Shown: one piece after another, positions 17,424 through 27,619 of the stretch
Numbering within the stretch: position 1 is the first letter of the stretch
How the letters are laid out: every line of letters starts with the position of its first letter
IMG/VR virus record: IMGVR_UViG_3300045988_177818
Coordinates: 1 to 44,540 of that record
DNA length: 44,540 nt
Strand: one strand, 5' to 3'
Origin: a virus
Made by a program: the position numbers and the translations under genes
The notes under the pieces: model-generated
What the model was told of the DNA's origin: nothing
Database searches by the model: none
Seen by the model: only the letters and a program-made list of their open reading frames with translations

Positions 17424-20423
17424 CTACCAACCGGATGAGAACCTATTGCCTGTCCATATATTATTTACTTTGTCATATATGAAAATAGCCAACCAGCCTG
17501 CTGTTATATGTACACTTCTTGTTCCTGATGTAGGGTAACCTAAGGGGCTAATTCTGCCATATACATGAACATCTCCATTTGAATGGTTTCTTATGAAATA
17601 TATTTGCCCGTCCTCGGCATTGGTCGGAAGAGTTAATGTGACTCCTTGTGATATAGCTATTATAATGCTGTCCATAAGAGATAATGTTTGACTGCTGTTA
17701 ATTCTTCTTGTTCTTAATCTGAATCCACAAATATCTCCTTTGGGTACAAACAGCACATGATTGCCTGTTTCTACATAATCATCATAATTCTTAGCTCCAT
17801 CTACCGATAAATGAAAACACGTATTTATGCCGGCTGAATAGGAAGACATTCTACGATTTACATTTATTCTTATTGGAGATATAATAGCCCCGCCCGAAGT
17901 AGCCGGGACAGTATCGGCGCCGATGAATGTTGATACATATTGATTGGTAAAACGTATCAGTGAAGATGAAAGAAGCATTTTATTATTACCACTTTCAGCC
18001 GTCAGGCTTGATGAGATTTTAAATTCTCCTACAGCACCTTCTTTTGCGTTTACTTTACCTGATAAGTCCACATCAGTACCTATCATTTTTCCGTTATGAA
18101 GTACCCTAAAGGGCGCTCCCCCTCTATTTGCTTCATTGGCTCCGGCCCATATACGTACATCAGAGCCGGAATTTCCCTCTCCGGACATACCGGCATTGAT
18201 ACCATCATCATTACCGATACCGACCAAACCGGAAATAAGACCGTCCAAAAACCTGATACGCCCTGCTATCTCATTTGCTACCAAATCGAAATAGGTCTTA
18301 CCATCAGAAGAAACTATCTTATCCGTAGTTACCCGCCCCGGTAGTATCTCTGTGAATCCGTATAACGTGGCAAAGCTTCTCTCCCCGTTATTCTCACTGT
18401 TCAGGATACCGACAAGCAGATGATAATAACCGTCTATCTGTTCCAACGCAATAGCTGTTTCGCTTAAGAGGAACATCCCCGACTGGTTATCCTTGCTACA
18501 CTTGGCATATAGGTAGAATTTCTTTTCCGGGTTGGTGAGTGAGGGTGAATTGTATTCTGCCATATCCCAATACTTATAGTCGCTTGCCGCATGAGTATTG
18601 GATAAAGAAGTGATACCAAGTGTCATGTGTTGGATAATACCTGCCGGAGCGTTCAAGACCTTTGTGCTCGAATTGTAGCTAATATCATGGTTAACTACCA
18701 CCGGATTTGTCTTGGAGTTGACAAATCTGTATTGTAAACTCTCGTCACCCACAAGCATCTGCATGGTAGCAACCGTTATCGGGTTGATTGCTCCGGAAAA
18801 GCTAAGTAAACTGTCGGCAAGCATTTCCATTGTCTCTTTTGCGTCACGATAGTAACGTTTGGTGAATTGAAGGGCTTGTTTATGATTCTCTTCAACTTGT
18901 ACTTCGTTCGTTTCTATCTTATTAAGCTCGCTGGCAACGGATGTACCTACCGGAGTGTTGGACAGTTCTATTTCGGGACTGTACGGATTGTTCACATACC
19001 GTTTGATGCCGACTATACGAATGAGTGACCCTTCGGGATGGAACTGATTATCCGTGAAGCTCACGAAACCGCCCAATACGATTTTACCGCCAACAGTCAG
19101 CCAGCGTTTCTTTGCCCAAATGCCGTCAAGTGTACCAGTGAAGGTAAACTTCTTATCCTCGTGTTCGTAGAGATACTTAACAGCTTCCCGGAACACATCC
19201 CATGATGCACCTGTTCTTGTGGCGTTGTCACTTATATAGGCTTCGGGCAACTGAATGCCGAACACAGCGTATTTATCACCAACTTCCGGCATCCATACAC
19301 CACCGTCCGGCATAGTGATACCATCTATCTCCTGCGGGACTATCTCGAATTTACGTCCTACATGAGTGTATTTAACCTCGAACTCCTTGCCAGAAAGCAT
19401 ACCGGATTGGAAGATAACGGTCATTTTCTCACCCTCAATAAGGCAATCCTCAAAATTGAGGTTATTCGGGATACCGGCATCGTAAAAGTCATAGAAGTGC
19501 TTTTCCGTATTTATCGTAGTCACTTTGCTGACTTCTCCTACACGTGACGGGTAAATCTCCGTACAGTCCAAACTGTCTTCTTTGCTCGTGGTCAGCTCAC
19601 GATCGGCACGCATAACGCTCGTACCGTATTCGTCTGTCTTGTATGTGCGGGAAGCGGAAGCATTGAAACCCTCTTCACCCTCAAAGCGTGTACCGTCATA
19701 ACGGATAGTCTGCGATTTGGGCATCAGCAATTCCTTTGCGCCGTATTTGGAATAATCTATGTTTCTATCAGTCGTTTCCACAAGGATGATTTCGGGCGGT
19801 ATGTCGCCGCTTTCCCGGCCGACACCCGTCTTGAAACCGTGCCCCTTGCCATAGGATAAAGTCAGGGGATTGTCCTTGTTGTACTCGACTTTTTTCAAAT
19901 GTACAGTCTTTGTATGTACCCCCTCTATTACGGTTTCTGTAATCTGATATTCGATTTCATAGGTTTCTGCCAGTTGGCTCAAAGCGTCCAGACAAACGGT
20001 ATGGTTGTAGTTTATCAGCTTCTCCGTCCCATCTATGCAATCACCTATTACCCATCCCGAAGAACGTCTGTTCAGATTGTCCACTATCAGCTTTAAGTGC
20101 TCTTTCGGCTTGGCGGTATAGGGGAACTTGATACGGTTATCCACCGTATTGCGTATTTTCCAAAGTTCCGTATCGGCTTTGGATGTTTCGAGGACAAGCG
20201 TGTAGCTGTAATTCCTTTCACCGTTTTTCTTGAAATTACTGTCTTTCTTGAGCGAATAACGCTTACCGTAGAACTCGCACCATGAGCCTACAGGGACATT
20301 GAGATAGCCTGGATGAGAGAAATACAGTGTTAGTGTATCTTCGCCCATTACAGCCTCGTAGGAATAACTGTTGTCATCCGTAAGAAGCTCGATTGTTTCA
20401 CTTCCGTTATGTAGAGTAATCAT
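17424..20423 (-). CDS. Tail tip / Tal-like baseplate hub protein
   Basis: 999 aa, directly after Dit in the conserved siphovirus order TMP-Dit-Tal. Confidence 0.7.
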   Translation of the reverse strand: MITLHNGSETIELLTDDNSYSYEAVMGEDTLTLYFSHPGYLNVPVGSWCEFYGKRYSLKKDSNFKKNGERNYSYTLVLETSKADTELWKIRNTVDNRIKFPYTAKPKEHLKLIVDNLNRRSSGWVIGDCIDGTEKLINYNHTVCLDALSQLAETYEIEYQITETVIEGVHTKTVHLKKVEYNKDNPLTLSYGKGHGFKTGVGRESGDIPPEIILVETTDRNIDYSKYGAKELLMPKSQTIRYDGTRFEGEEGFNASASRTYKTDEYGTSVMRADRELTTSKEDSLDCTEIYPSRVGEVSKVTTINTEKHFYDFYDAGIPNNLNFEDCLIEGEKMTVIFQSGMLSGKEFEVKYTHVGRKFEIVPQEIDGITMPDGGVWMPEVGDKYAVFGIQLPEAYISDNATRTGASWDVFREAVKYLYEHEDKKFTFTGTLDGIWAKKRWLTVGGKIVLGGFVSFTDNQFHPEGSLIRIVGIKRYVNNPYSPEIELSNTPVGTSVASELNKIETNEVQVEENHKQALQFTKRYYRDAKETMEMLADSLLSFSGAINPITVATMQMLVGDESLQYRFVNSKTNPVVVNHDISYNSSTKVLNAPAGIIQHMTLGITSLSNTHAASDYKYWDMAEYNSPSLTNPEKKFYLYAKCSKDNQSGMFLLSETAIALEQIDGYYHLLVGILNSENNGERSFATLYGFTEILPGRVTTDKIVSSDGKTYFDLVANEIAGRIRFLDGLISGLVGIGNDDGINAGMSGEGNSGSDVRIWAGANEANRGGAPFRVLHNGKMIGTDVDLSGKVNAKEGAVGEFKISSSLTAESGNNKMLLSSSLIRFTNQYVSTFIGADTVPATSGGAIISPIRINVNRRMSSYSAGINTCFHLSVDGAKNYDDYVETGNHVLFVPKGDICGFRLRTRRINSSQTLSLMDSIIIAISQGVTLTLPTNAEDGQIYFIRNHSNGDVHVYGRISPLGYPTSGTRSVHITAGWLAIFIYDKVNNIWTGNRFSSGW

Positions 20424-20426
20424 ATC

Positions 20427-21383
20427 CTAATCTCCTAAATCAATAAAATATTCTTCATCTTCCGTAGTTATAAATCTGCCATCTTCCGAAGCAAGCAGAT
20501 ATTCTGTATCTCCCAGTCGGAAGCTGGTAAATACAAGGGTTAAGGTAAATGCCCACCATATACCATCAAGAGGGTTAAAACTGTCAGTTTTGCAACTCTT
20601 GTAATAACATGGATAGTTTTCACTCCATTCGTCAACGTAAAAGGAACGTTCCGCATCTTCATACTCATATCCTTCACCATCAGTTTTGGCAGACAGCTTT
20701 GTGAGGTCATGCAAAAGAGCATCATGGTTTCGCCAAAACGTGTCGAAGTCCGGGGCGCGCATTAGACACTTTATGCTTACATCTTTCGTTTGAAACTTCA
20801 CGTATTCGCCATCATATACAGCACCGTCCTGAAACTTGAAGTTCTGCAAAAGGTTTTTCTTCACAGCCGGAGTTTTGAGTATCTCCTCATTTGTACCTTG
20901 TAGAACGAGGATACCGTAAGCGGATAAGTCCACACCATCCAATTCATAGCCTTTCGGCAATAGAATACTGTTTATCGGTTCCTGATATACATAATCATCC
21001 GAGCGCGGGAAATCATTGGCAAAAGTGAACTTGGAGCGTTCGGTGTTATTATATATCTCAAAGCTATTCTGAGAAGAAAGCCTTAATTTAAACGTACGCT
21101 TCAAATGTGGGAAATAAAAATCGTGATACCCCATATCTGATAGCATGGAGACAAAATTTGAAAATTGCCATTCCCTGAAGAAGCCAAACTCAAGGATAAC
21201 ATCTTTCGTATCAAGATATATTTCCGAAAGGTCAAACTCTTTTCCGTCCTCTTCCGGCCAATCGTTACTATCCGGCGTTTTTGAAGGCGGGAACGCTACC
21301 AGTTCAGCGTAGTTGCCTTGTAATGTAGACATGCCGTACTCAGTATGTACATCTTTGCCATCTATATATAATTGGTTTTTCAT
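20427..21383 (-). CDS. Distal tail protein (Dit)
   Basis: 318 aa, immediately downstream of and overlapping the tape measure gene. Confidence 0.65.
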   Translation of the reverse strand: MKNQLYIDGKDVHTEYGMSTLQGNYAELVAFPPSKTPDSNDWPEEDGKEFDLSEIYLDTKDVILEFGFFREWQFSNFVSMLSDMGYHDFYFPHLKRTFKLRLSSQNSFEIYNNTERSKFTFANDFPRSDDYVYQEPINSILLPKGYELDGVDLSAYGILVLQGTNEEILKTPAVKKNLLQNFKFQDGAVYDGEYVKFQTKDVSIKCLMRAPDFDTFWRNHDALLHDLTKLSAKTDGEGYEYEDAERSFYVDEWSENYPCYYKSCKTDSFNPLDGIWWAFTLTLVFTSFRLGDTEYLLASEDGRFITTEDEEYFIDLGD

Positions 21384-24300
21384 CGCTTAAGTGTTATTCC
21401 TTTAGTGTTTAATGTATCGATACCACTTTTCATTGCGTACATGTATTCTCTAATTTCTACAAGATTGGATGTATAGTTATCAATGTTAGCCAAATGGTTA
21501 AGAATATCTTTGCTTTGACTTTCGATAGCCTTAGCCGTTTTGTCTATATCCGTAGTTGCTGATAAATTAGCAACAGAATAATTCAAAAGTCCGTCAATCC
21601 CTGTTGCCATACGGGAAACATTTTCATTAATGGAGTATGTATGTCCCTGCATGACAGCCAGCCGACCGTTGTTTTCGTCTACTGAATCTTGCGAGGCTGT
21701 GGCGATGCCCTTTTGTGAAGCTGTACGGGTATCATCTTCCGGCTGCGCCAAATCAATCCCAGCTTCTTTAAAATACCCGTTAACTTTACTTAGTATGCTT
21801 TCGAGTATTGGAATGTTCCTCTCGTAATTATCGACCAATGAACCAGTACGTTCGGCTACCTGCCTCATCAATTCCTCTTCGCTTAGCTGCCCACCGGCAT
21901 ACTTTTCATAAAGTTCTGCAATGTCATCATCAAAACTTCCAACAACCTTATCAAGGACGATAGTACGCATCATATCAGAAACAATATCCCTGAATGTGTC
22001 AGAAGCATAATCTTTAAAACTATCTAAAGCATCCTTCCCGTTATCCAGCCAATCCCACAAGCTGTCTACCATATTTCCCACCAGCGGCTCGTACAAAGAG
22101 CCTACATATTCGTGCAATTGTTTTGTGTATTCATCGTATTGTTTGCGAAGCTCTATCAGGGCTTCAAGGGTTTCTTTTGTCTGGCCGACAAGTTTGTTGC
22201 CGTAGTTATCGATAAGATATTGCGCCAGTTTTTTGTTAATCAATCCTTCATCATCAAACAACTCACCTAACCCTTGATTCCTTGCCCACGTAACAAGGTC
22301 TTCTGTTTTCTGCGATTTCCCACCTATACCTGTGCCTAAAAAGCCCTTACTTGCTTTCCGGGTTTCAATACGCAGGTTATTTACGGCAGCCGTCATGCCT
22401 TTGTCATAGTCACCCTGTCCCCAAATATTCTTCCATTTATCCCCCAATATTGCCAAAGGAGATAAACTACCCATTACCCAGTTAACCGCTCCTGTAAGCC
22501 ATCCACCTCCACTCTTATTTTGATATACCGCTTGTGATTCAGTCGCTTTATCAACATAAGCCTTAGCAATTTCATCATGTAATGCTTTATAGTCCCGAAG
22601 ATTTTTCAGATTATCTTTCGAAAACCAATTCTCTTCTGCTTGCTGCGCTTCCAATGTGGCAATACGACATTCATTGACAGCATCGGTAAGGGCATTAATC
22701 TCTTTAACTTTTTCTGCATAAACTTCATATTGCTTGAAAGCCTTATTACTCCCAAGGTCGCTAATTTTTTGGAGCAATTGAATCGCTGATGATATTATAG
22801 TGAGTATTACAGAGGCTTTTTCTATTGTAGATATTGATTTAGATGCAGCCTCAGAAACACTTTTCATTGCAGTTGATGAATTATCAACCAATGTCATAAT
22901 TCCATCCACCATTTGCAATGTAGAAGATGCGATTTTCCCTGCTGTCGAAAGAATTTCTCCTGCAACTCCACCGACAGCATCCCCCAAGTCTTCAAACCCA
23001 TGTTCTACTTTCTGTAATGTTTTATACAGGTCTTGCCATTCTTTAATACTTCGCTTATTCGGAGATGCTGTATTCTCATTGTTAGATTTACCTATCTGCT
23101 CGTTTAATGTATTAATCTTTGCGCGAAGCTCTGCCAGTTTTGGGCTGTTTGGAGAAATAAACTCCATCCGTTCCAATTCCTTTTCTGCATCGGTGAGTAG
23201 CCGTTGGAGCACTCTCAAACTCATAGTTGCAATACTATCAGCCCACGACTGGAACGCATCTTCACGCATGGCGAACTCTTTGTCTATAGATTTCAGCGTT
23301 TCATCACGTTGATATACTAACTCATCCTTTTGCGCACGAGTAGCACCGGACTCTTCTAACTTCTCTAAATCCTTTTGATATTGTTTTTCTGCGTTCAAAC
23401 GCTTAGTAGCATAATCTTGATATTTAGAGAGGATTTCATTATAATATCCGGCTATTTCATTGGCTTGTTTTTGAATAACGGCTTTATTTATGATGCCAAA
23501 TATAGATGTATCAACCGACACGGAGAAAGCATCAAATGTCCGTTTCTTGTAACTTTTATCTTTTGATGCTTTAGCATTTTCCTCCGCCTCAAATATTTGC
23601 CTTTGAATATCTACAACCTTACTAATGTACTCTTGCTTGTATTTATCAACAGCTTGTAGTTCTTTTTTATTGTTTAGTTTGCGCTGCGCTTGCTCTTTCT
23701 CGTAACCATCCTGCATTGCATCTATGCGGGCTTGCTCCACTTGATTCTCAAGTTCTATTTCCATTTTAATGCGTTCTACCCTCTCTTTATCACGCAAATT
23801 TTTAACTCGTTGTAAACGGTCTGCATAAGCATTTGCATCGTTTCCGCTTTTAGTCCCTATTCCATCTATTTTATTTATCAGCGCATCTATGTCTATATTT
23901 TTAGACATTCCCTCTAATATTTTATCATAACTATTAACCTCCCCAATAAGAGACTTCCACGCATCCAACTCTTTTTGCGCTTGTTCTTTAGCGTCATTTA
24001 AATCAGATGTTCGTTTTGACAGAAATACTTTTTCCTGAAGACTGCCTTCTGTCATCCCCCTTTCTCTGGCTTTTAATCTTGCATTTTCCAAAGCCAAAGA
24101 TGCCTCATCTACCTTTTGTTGGGCTTGTAGATATGTATTATATTGCACCCGTCTTTTCATTAACGCTTCTTCGCGCTTATTGGCTACATCTTCCATTCTA
24201 TTAAGCTGTGCTCTTGCGATAGCATTAGCAGTAAGTTCGCCTCTTAACTGGGCGTATATATCTTTTGCTTTGCCTGCTAAAATTGCCTCATTAGATAAAT

Positions 24301-25522
24301 TCCCAAAATAAGAAGGATACATTTTTTGCAATTCCTCAACTGCTGCGTTACGTTCTTTAAGTGAACGAGTATGGTCTTGGGTTACTTTATACAAAATATC
24401 CAATTTAACTCTCTCATTGGCAGAGCTCTTTATAGCTTCCCTACGTGCTAAAGCCATTTCTTGCTCCGCAGACAATAAGTCAAGCGTAGCCTTTTTAGTG
24501 CTAATTAATCCACCAATATAATTGAATATCTCTTTCCCATAAGCAGTGAGCAAAGTTATACCTACAACCAAAGCGGTATTCCATGAAACCACACCTGAAA
24601 TTATCTGTTTCCAAACGGGGGCTACCTTTTGAACGTCCGTATTACCCTTCTTTAGCTCTTCGATATATGCGGCATATTCTTTTCTTGCCTTTTGAACTTC
24701 ATCAAAGAAAATCGGAAGGTTATTACTGATTGCCAAAAAGAACATATTGATGCCCATCGTTGCGGCGGGAAGCTCTCTTGCTATCTGTTGGATTGACATG
24801 CCAAGTCCATTAAATGCAGAAGAATAGTTGCCAACATTTCTTTGAAAACGACCGGATGCTTGTTCAGCTTCGTTTAATTCAGCTTGAACAATCCTAATTT
24901 GAGCAAGAAGTTCTTTGCCTGAGCTACCAGAACGCTTAATTCTTCCCATATTATCATAAAGATTAAGCATAAGGGATAATTGTTTGCGCAATTGGGTTAT
25001 ACTCCCTTCTTCGGAATTATTCTGTATGATTTGTTCTTTCTGGGCTTTTATATTCGCTCGAACAGCTTCTTCTTCCCTCTTTCGTATGGCTACTTGTTGC
25101 TCGACTTGACGCAATATATTATATCCTTTATCACCCACCTTTTCTGTATCATTGAGAGCTGCAAAATCTGCTTTCAATTTCTTTATTTCGGTATCAGCCT
25201 CTTTCACAGCCTGGGTGTTTGCGACAATCCATTTATTTGTAGATTGTAAAGCCTGAGTTTCTTCATGCACTACCTTAACGGTATTGTCAGATTTTAAAAT
25301 TTCCTCATAGGCCTTTTTCATCAATGCGTACTTCTTCATGTACTTGTCAAGCTCTTTCGTAGCCTTATTCAATTGCTTTTCGAGGCTTTTCATAGCATTT
25401 CCATTATTTGGTTTACCCGCCAAAGCCATCATATCAGCCTTAAGACCCTTTATTTCGGTACGTAACTTAACAATTTTATCCAGTTCAATATCTGCGCTAA
25501 ATTTTAATCCAGCCATAATCAA
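21380..25522 (-). CDS. Tape measure protein
   Basis: 1380 aa. It is the largest gene, with extensive coiled-coil and a central hydrophobic block. Its position is canonical. Confidence 0.9.
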   Translation of the reverse strand: MIMAGLKFSADIELDKIVKLRTEIKGLKADMMALAGKPNNGNAMKSLEKQLNKATKELDKYMKKYALMKKAYEEILKSDNTVKVVHEETQALQSTNKWIVANTQAVKEADTEIKKLKADFAALNDTEKVGDKGYNILRQVEQQVAIRKREEEAVRANIKAQKEQIIQNNSEEGSITQLRKQLSLMLNLYDNMGRIKRSGSSGKELLAQIRIVQAELNEAEQASGRFQRNVGNYSSAFNGLGMSIQQIARELPAATMGINMFFLAISNNLPIFFDEVQKARKEYAAYIEELKKGNTDVQKVAPVWKQIISGVVSWNTALVVGITLLTAYGKEIFNYIGGLISTKKATLDLLSAEQEMALARREAIKSSANERVKLDILYKVTQDHTRSLKERNAAVEELQKMYPSYFGNLSNEAILAGKAKDIYAQLRGELTANAIARAQLNRMEDVANKREEALMKRRVQYNTYLQAQQKVDEASLALENARLKARERGMTEGSLQEKVFLSKRTSDLNDAKEQAQKELDAWKSLIGEVNSYDKILEGMSKNIDIDALINKIDGIGTKSGNDANAYADRLQRVKNLRDKERVERIKMEIELENQVEQARIDAMQDGYEKEQAQRKLNNKKELQAVDKYKQEYISKVVDIQRQIFEAEENAKASKDKSYKKRTFDAFSVSVDTSIFGIINKAVIQKQANEIAGYYNEILSKYQDYATKRLNAEKQYQKDLEKLEESGATRAQKDELVYQRDETLKSIDKEFAMREDAFQSWADSIATMSLRVLQRLLTDAEKELERMEFISPNSPKLAELRAKINTLNEQIGKSNNENTASPNKRSIKEWQDLYKTLQKVEHGFEDLGDAVGGVAGEILSTAGKIASSTLQMVDGIMTLVDNSSTAMKSVSEAASKSISTIEKASVILTIISSAIQLLQKISDLGSNKAFKQYEVYAEKVKEINALTDAVNECRIATLEAQQAEENWFSKDNLKNLRDYKALHDEIAKAYVDKATESQAVYQNKSGGGWLTGAVNWVMGSLSPLAILGDKWKNIWGQGDYDKGMTAAVNNLRIETRKASKGFLGTGIGGKSQKTEDLVTWARNQGLGELFDDEGLINKKLAQYLIDNYGNKLVGQTKETLEALIELRKQYDEYTKQLHEYVGSLYEPLVGNMVDSLWDWLDNGKDALDSFKDYASDTFRDIVSDMMRTIVLDKVVGSFDDDIAELYEKYAGGQLSEEELMRQVAERTGSLVDNYERNIPILESILSKVNGYFKEAGIDLAQPEDDTRTASQKGIATASQDSVDENNGRLAVMQGHTYSINENVSRMATGIDGLLNYSVANLSATTDIDKTAKAIESQSKDILNHLANIDNYTSNLVEIREYMYAMKSGIDTLNTKGITLKR

Positions 25523-25938
25523 TTATTTTTTATAAACACCTTACTTAATTCTTCTGATAATTTAATTCGTGCGCTATCGTCAACATCAAAACCTTTTGCA
25601 CTTACAAAGCTCGCATAATACATTCCATCGGCAAATACTACACCATTTTGGGGGTGGCTGCCGTAAATCAACATGTTTTCTGTCTGCTCTTTAGCTTCGC
25701 CATGTGCTCCGTCGGCCGGTACATACATATCGACGACTTTTCCATTCCGAAAGACGACAGCTCCTGGAGCATTCCGCAAATTCCAAGTATGATTTTGATA
25801 TGTTTTTTTATTACTTATGTTAGCAGTCTTTTGAGTATCAACAGCGCTATGAGCAGCATTAATCATGGCAGTAGAGACTTCGTTCTCTATTTCTTCTATA
25901 AATTCATCTAAGCCGGAAGTATCTACTTTTATATTCAT
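25519..25938 (-). CDS. Tail/neck component (HK97 gp10-like, tentative)
   Basis: 139 aa, overlapping the TMP start. The TWNLRNA segment resembles the gp10-family TG-LR-S segment. Confidence 0.45.
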   Translation of the reverse strand: MNIKVDTSGLDEFIEEIENEVSTAMINAAHSAVDTQKTANISNKKTYQNHTWNLRNAPGAVVFRNGKVVDMYVPADGAHGEAKEQTENMLIYGSHPQNGVVFADGMYYASFVSAKGFDVDDSARIKLSEELSKVFIKNN

Positions 25939-25954
25939 ATCCTATATTTTCTTG

Positions 25955-26028
25955 TAAAGGTATCGCCATACGCAATTTCTGCCTAAAAAATCAAGGACGC
26001 AGAACAAACAATTAGGGAAAGGTTTGTT
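25955..26028 (-). promoter_or_regulatory. Late promoter 3: dyad 26003-26028 plus 40-nt spacer plus -7 box TAccTTTA (25955-25962)
   Basis: aacaaacaattagggaaaggtttgtt. The spacing matches the other copies. Confidence 0.65.
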
Positions 26029-26165
26029 ATTTATAGAAAAAGCAACCCCTAAATATATAGAGACCGCTTTTAATGTTTCTCTTGCCAACCCATTCTTCAT
26101 ATTTGGGGGCTTTTTATGTTTTATAACAACGCAGAAGATTGCAATAAAAGAAAAATAATATAATG

Positions 26166-26193
26166 TTTGATTAAAATTAAACATTTAACTTTG
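26166..26193 (+). promoter_or_regulatory. Bacteroidetes-type promoter: -33 TTTG at 26166-26169 and -7 TAacTTTG at 26186-26193
   Basis: 16-nt spacer. It lies 31 nt upstream of the lipoprotein ATG. Confidence 0.55.
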
Positions 26194-26224
26194 CCGCACA
26201 TTAATCAACTAAAACGCATGCTTT

Positions 26225-26605
26225 ATGAAAAAGATTTTGATTTTATTATGTTCTGTTTTCTTGTTTTCATCATGTATGAGCATATTTTCAAGCTCTAAAC
26301 AATCTATCACTTTTATGGGAGAGAACGGCACAAGACTGTATGACGGGGCTAATAATGTGAAATTAGCAGAAATAAAAGAGGGTGGCTCTACTACAGTAAA
26401 AATTAAGAAGAAACTATCAGATAAAACGATTATTGCAAAGAAAGAAGGTTTTAAGGATACACCTTTCGTTATAGAATCTTCGTTTAATGCTAAATCTTTG
26501 TGGAATATATTATTTTGGCCGGGCTTTTTGATTGACCTCGGAACGGGGAAGATTAATAAATACGACCCTGTTATTTATAATATAGAAATGGATAATAAAG
26601 AGTAA
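26225..26605 (+). CDS. Moron lipoprotein (candidate superinfection-exclusion factor)
   Basis: Signal MKKILILLCSVFLFSSC with a lipobox. It has its own promoter and terminator and is oriented against the late operon. Confidence 0.7.
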   Translation: MKKILILLCSVFLFSSCMSIFSSSKQSITFMGENGTRLYDGANNVKLAEIKEGGSTTVKIKKKLSDKTIIAKKEGFKDTPFVIESSFNAKSLWNILFWPGFLIDLGTGKINKYDPVIYNIEMDNKE

Positions 26606-26634
26606 TTAATTGCAATATTTGAAATAAGCATTTT

Positions 26635-26662
26635 GCCCCGTTCGTGAGTTCGGGGCTTTTTT
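26635..26662 (+). terminator. Intrinsic terminator
   Basis: gccccg-ttcgtgagtt-cggggc followed by tttttt. Confidence 0.8.
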
Positions 26663-26712
26663 ATGCCTAAATGTTGCTTGTCAACAAGAAAAAATAAGCC
26701 ACAATCTTGTAA

Positions 26713-26740
26713 GTACAAAAATAAGTACCTATATTTGTAC
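26713..26740 (+). promoter_or_regulatory. yefM-yoeB promoter/operator: three GTAC cores at 12-nt spacing overlapping the -7 box TAtaTTTG (26730-26737)
   Basis: GTAC at 26713, 26725 and 26737. Palindrome TTGTA-AG-TACAA at 26707-26718. Confidence 0.55.
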
Positions 26741-26763
26741 TAAACAATAAAAACAAGTAGATT

Positions 26764-27024
26764 ATGAGAACTGCTAACTATTCAGAGCTAAGGAATAACC
26801 TTAAGCACTATCTTGATGGCGTGATAAATGACAGTGAACCGTTGCTGGTACATCGTTCAGGTAGCGAAAGCGTGGTTGTAATATCGCTGGACGAATACAA
26901 CTCCATTAAGGAGACCGAGTATATAATGAAATCCCCCGCAATGATGGATATTATACGCAAGGGGAAAGAAGAAATCGAGAAGGGAAAAGGGAAGCCTGTA
27001 AAAATTGAAGAATTATGGAAATAG
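26764..27024 (+). CDS. yefM: Phd/YefM-family antitoxin
   Basis: MRTANYSELRNNLKHYLDGVINDSEPLLVHR...VVISLDEYNSIKET is a typical YefM sequence. Confidence 0.85.
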   Translation: MRTANYSELRNNLKHYLDGVINDSEPLLVHRSGSESVVVISLDEYNSIKETEYIMKSPAMMDIIRKGKEEIEKGKGKPVKIEELWK

Positions 27025-27287
27025 TCTTTCTTGAACAGGCTGAAAAAGACCGGGAATATTGGAAAAAGTCGGGAAATAAGGCTATTATGAATAGAATAAC
27101 AGCCTTGCTTGAAGACATTATAGCTCATCCATATACAGGAATAGGCAAGCCTGAGCCTTTAAAATATGAACTGGCAGGATGCTGGTCTCGAAGAATAAAT
27201 TCCGAGCATCGCATCATCTATTCAGTCAATGATGAGATAATCACAGTATACGTACTCTCTATGAGGTATCACTATGGTAAAAAATAA
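27015..27287 (+). CDS. yoeB: Txe/YoeB-family mRNA interferase toxin
   Basis: GIGKPEPLKYELAGCWSRRINSEHRIIY...RYHY. 10-nt overlap with yefM. Confidence 0.9.
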   Translation: MEIVFLEQAEKDREYWKKSGNKAIMNRITALLEDIIAHPYTGIGKPEPLKYELAGCWSRRINSEHRIIYSVNDEIITVYVLSMRYHYGKK

Positions 27288-27312
27288 AGCCCCAATCTTT
27301 CAATGGGGCTTT
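27286..27312. terminator. Bidirectional hairpin terminator between convergent genes
   Basis: aaagcccc-N11-ggggcttt, flanked by an A-run and a T-run. Confidence 0.6.
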
Positions 27313-27314
27313 GT

Positions 27315-27548
27315 TCATTTTTCCACGAACTCCTTTAATCTGTACAGCCTATCAATTGCCGGATTATAAAATACATCCGGATAGTGTTGCTTGATGTCGT
27401 TGATATTTGCTCGAATATACAGAGATGTATCGTATATATGTTCGGATTCCGATAATATTACTTCCTTTGGCAATTGTGCGGTTTCTGCCCAATTCATGAT
27501 TGCCTTAACACTATCTTCGTCATACGCGTATTTACTTTCTTGTGCCAT
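27315..27548 (-). CDS. Orphan 77-aa moron protein
   Basis: It has its own -7 box (27567-27574) and shares a terminator with yoeB. Confidence 0.55.
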   Translation of the reverse strand: MAQESKYAYDEDSVKAIMNWAETAQLPKEVILSESEHIYDTSLYIRANINDIKQHYPDVFYNPAIDRLYRLKEFVEK

Positions 27549-27566
27549 ACTAAGATTATTTTAGGG

Positions 27567-27574
27567 CAAAGATA
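27567..27574 (-). promoter_or_regulatory. -7 box TAtcTTTG (minus sense)
   Basis: It lies 18 nt upstream of the ATG at 27548. Confidence 0.4.
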
Positions 27575-27619
27575 ACCATTTCTTTTTAATCACTAATCAA
27601 ACCTTTCTGTGTGATTACC

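Noticed and set aside
21630-25535. Multiple plus-strand ORFs inside the tape measure gene (for example 22800..23312), and similar antisense ORFs in Tal, the fibre, portal, terL and the capsid region (16359..16802, 31273..31794, 30378..30758)
   Set aside because: They are fully contained antisense to long, clearly coding genes and have low-complexity or hydrophobic junk composition.
25942-26184. Minus ORF 25942..26184 (80 aa)
   Set aside because: It spans late promoter 3 and the lipoprotein promoter. It is hydrophobic junk with no coupling to neighbours.
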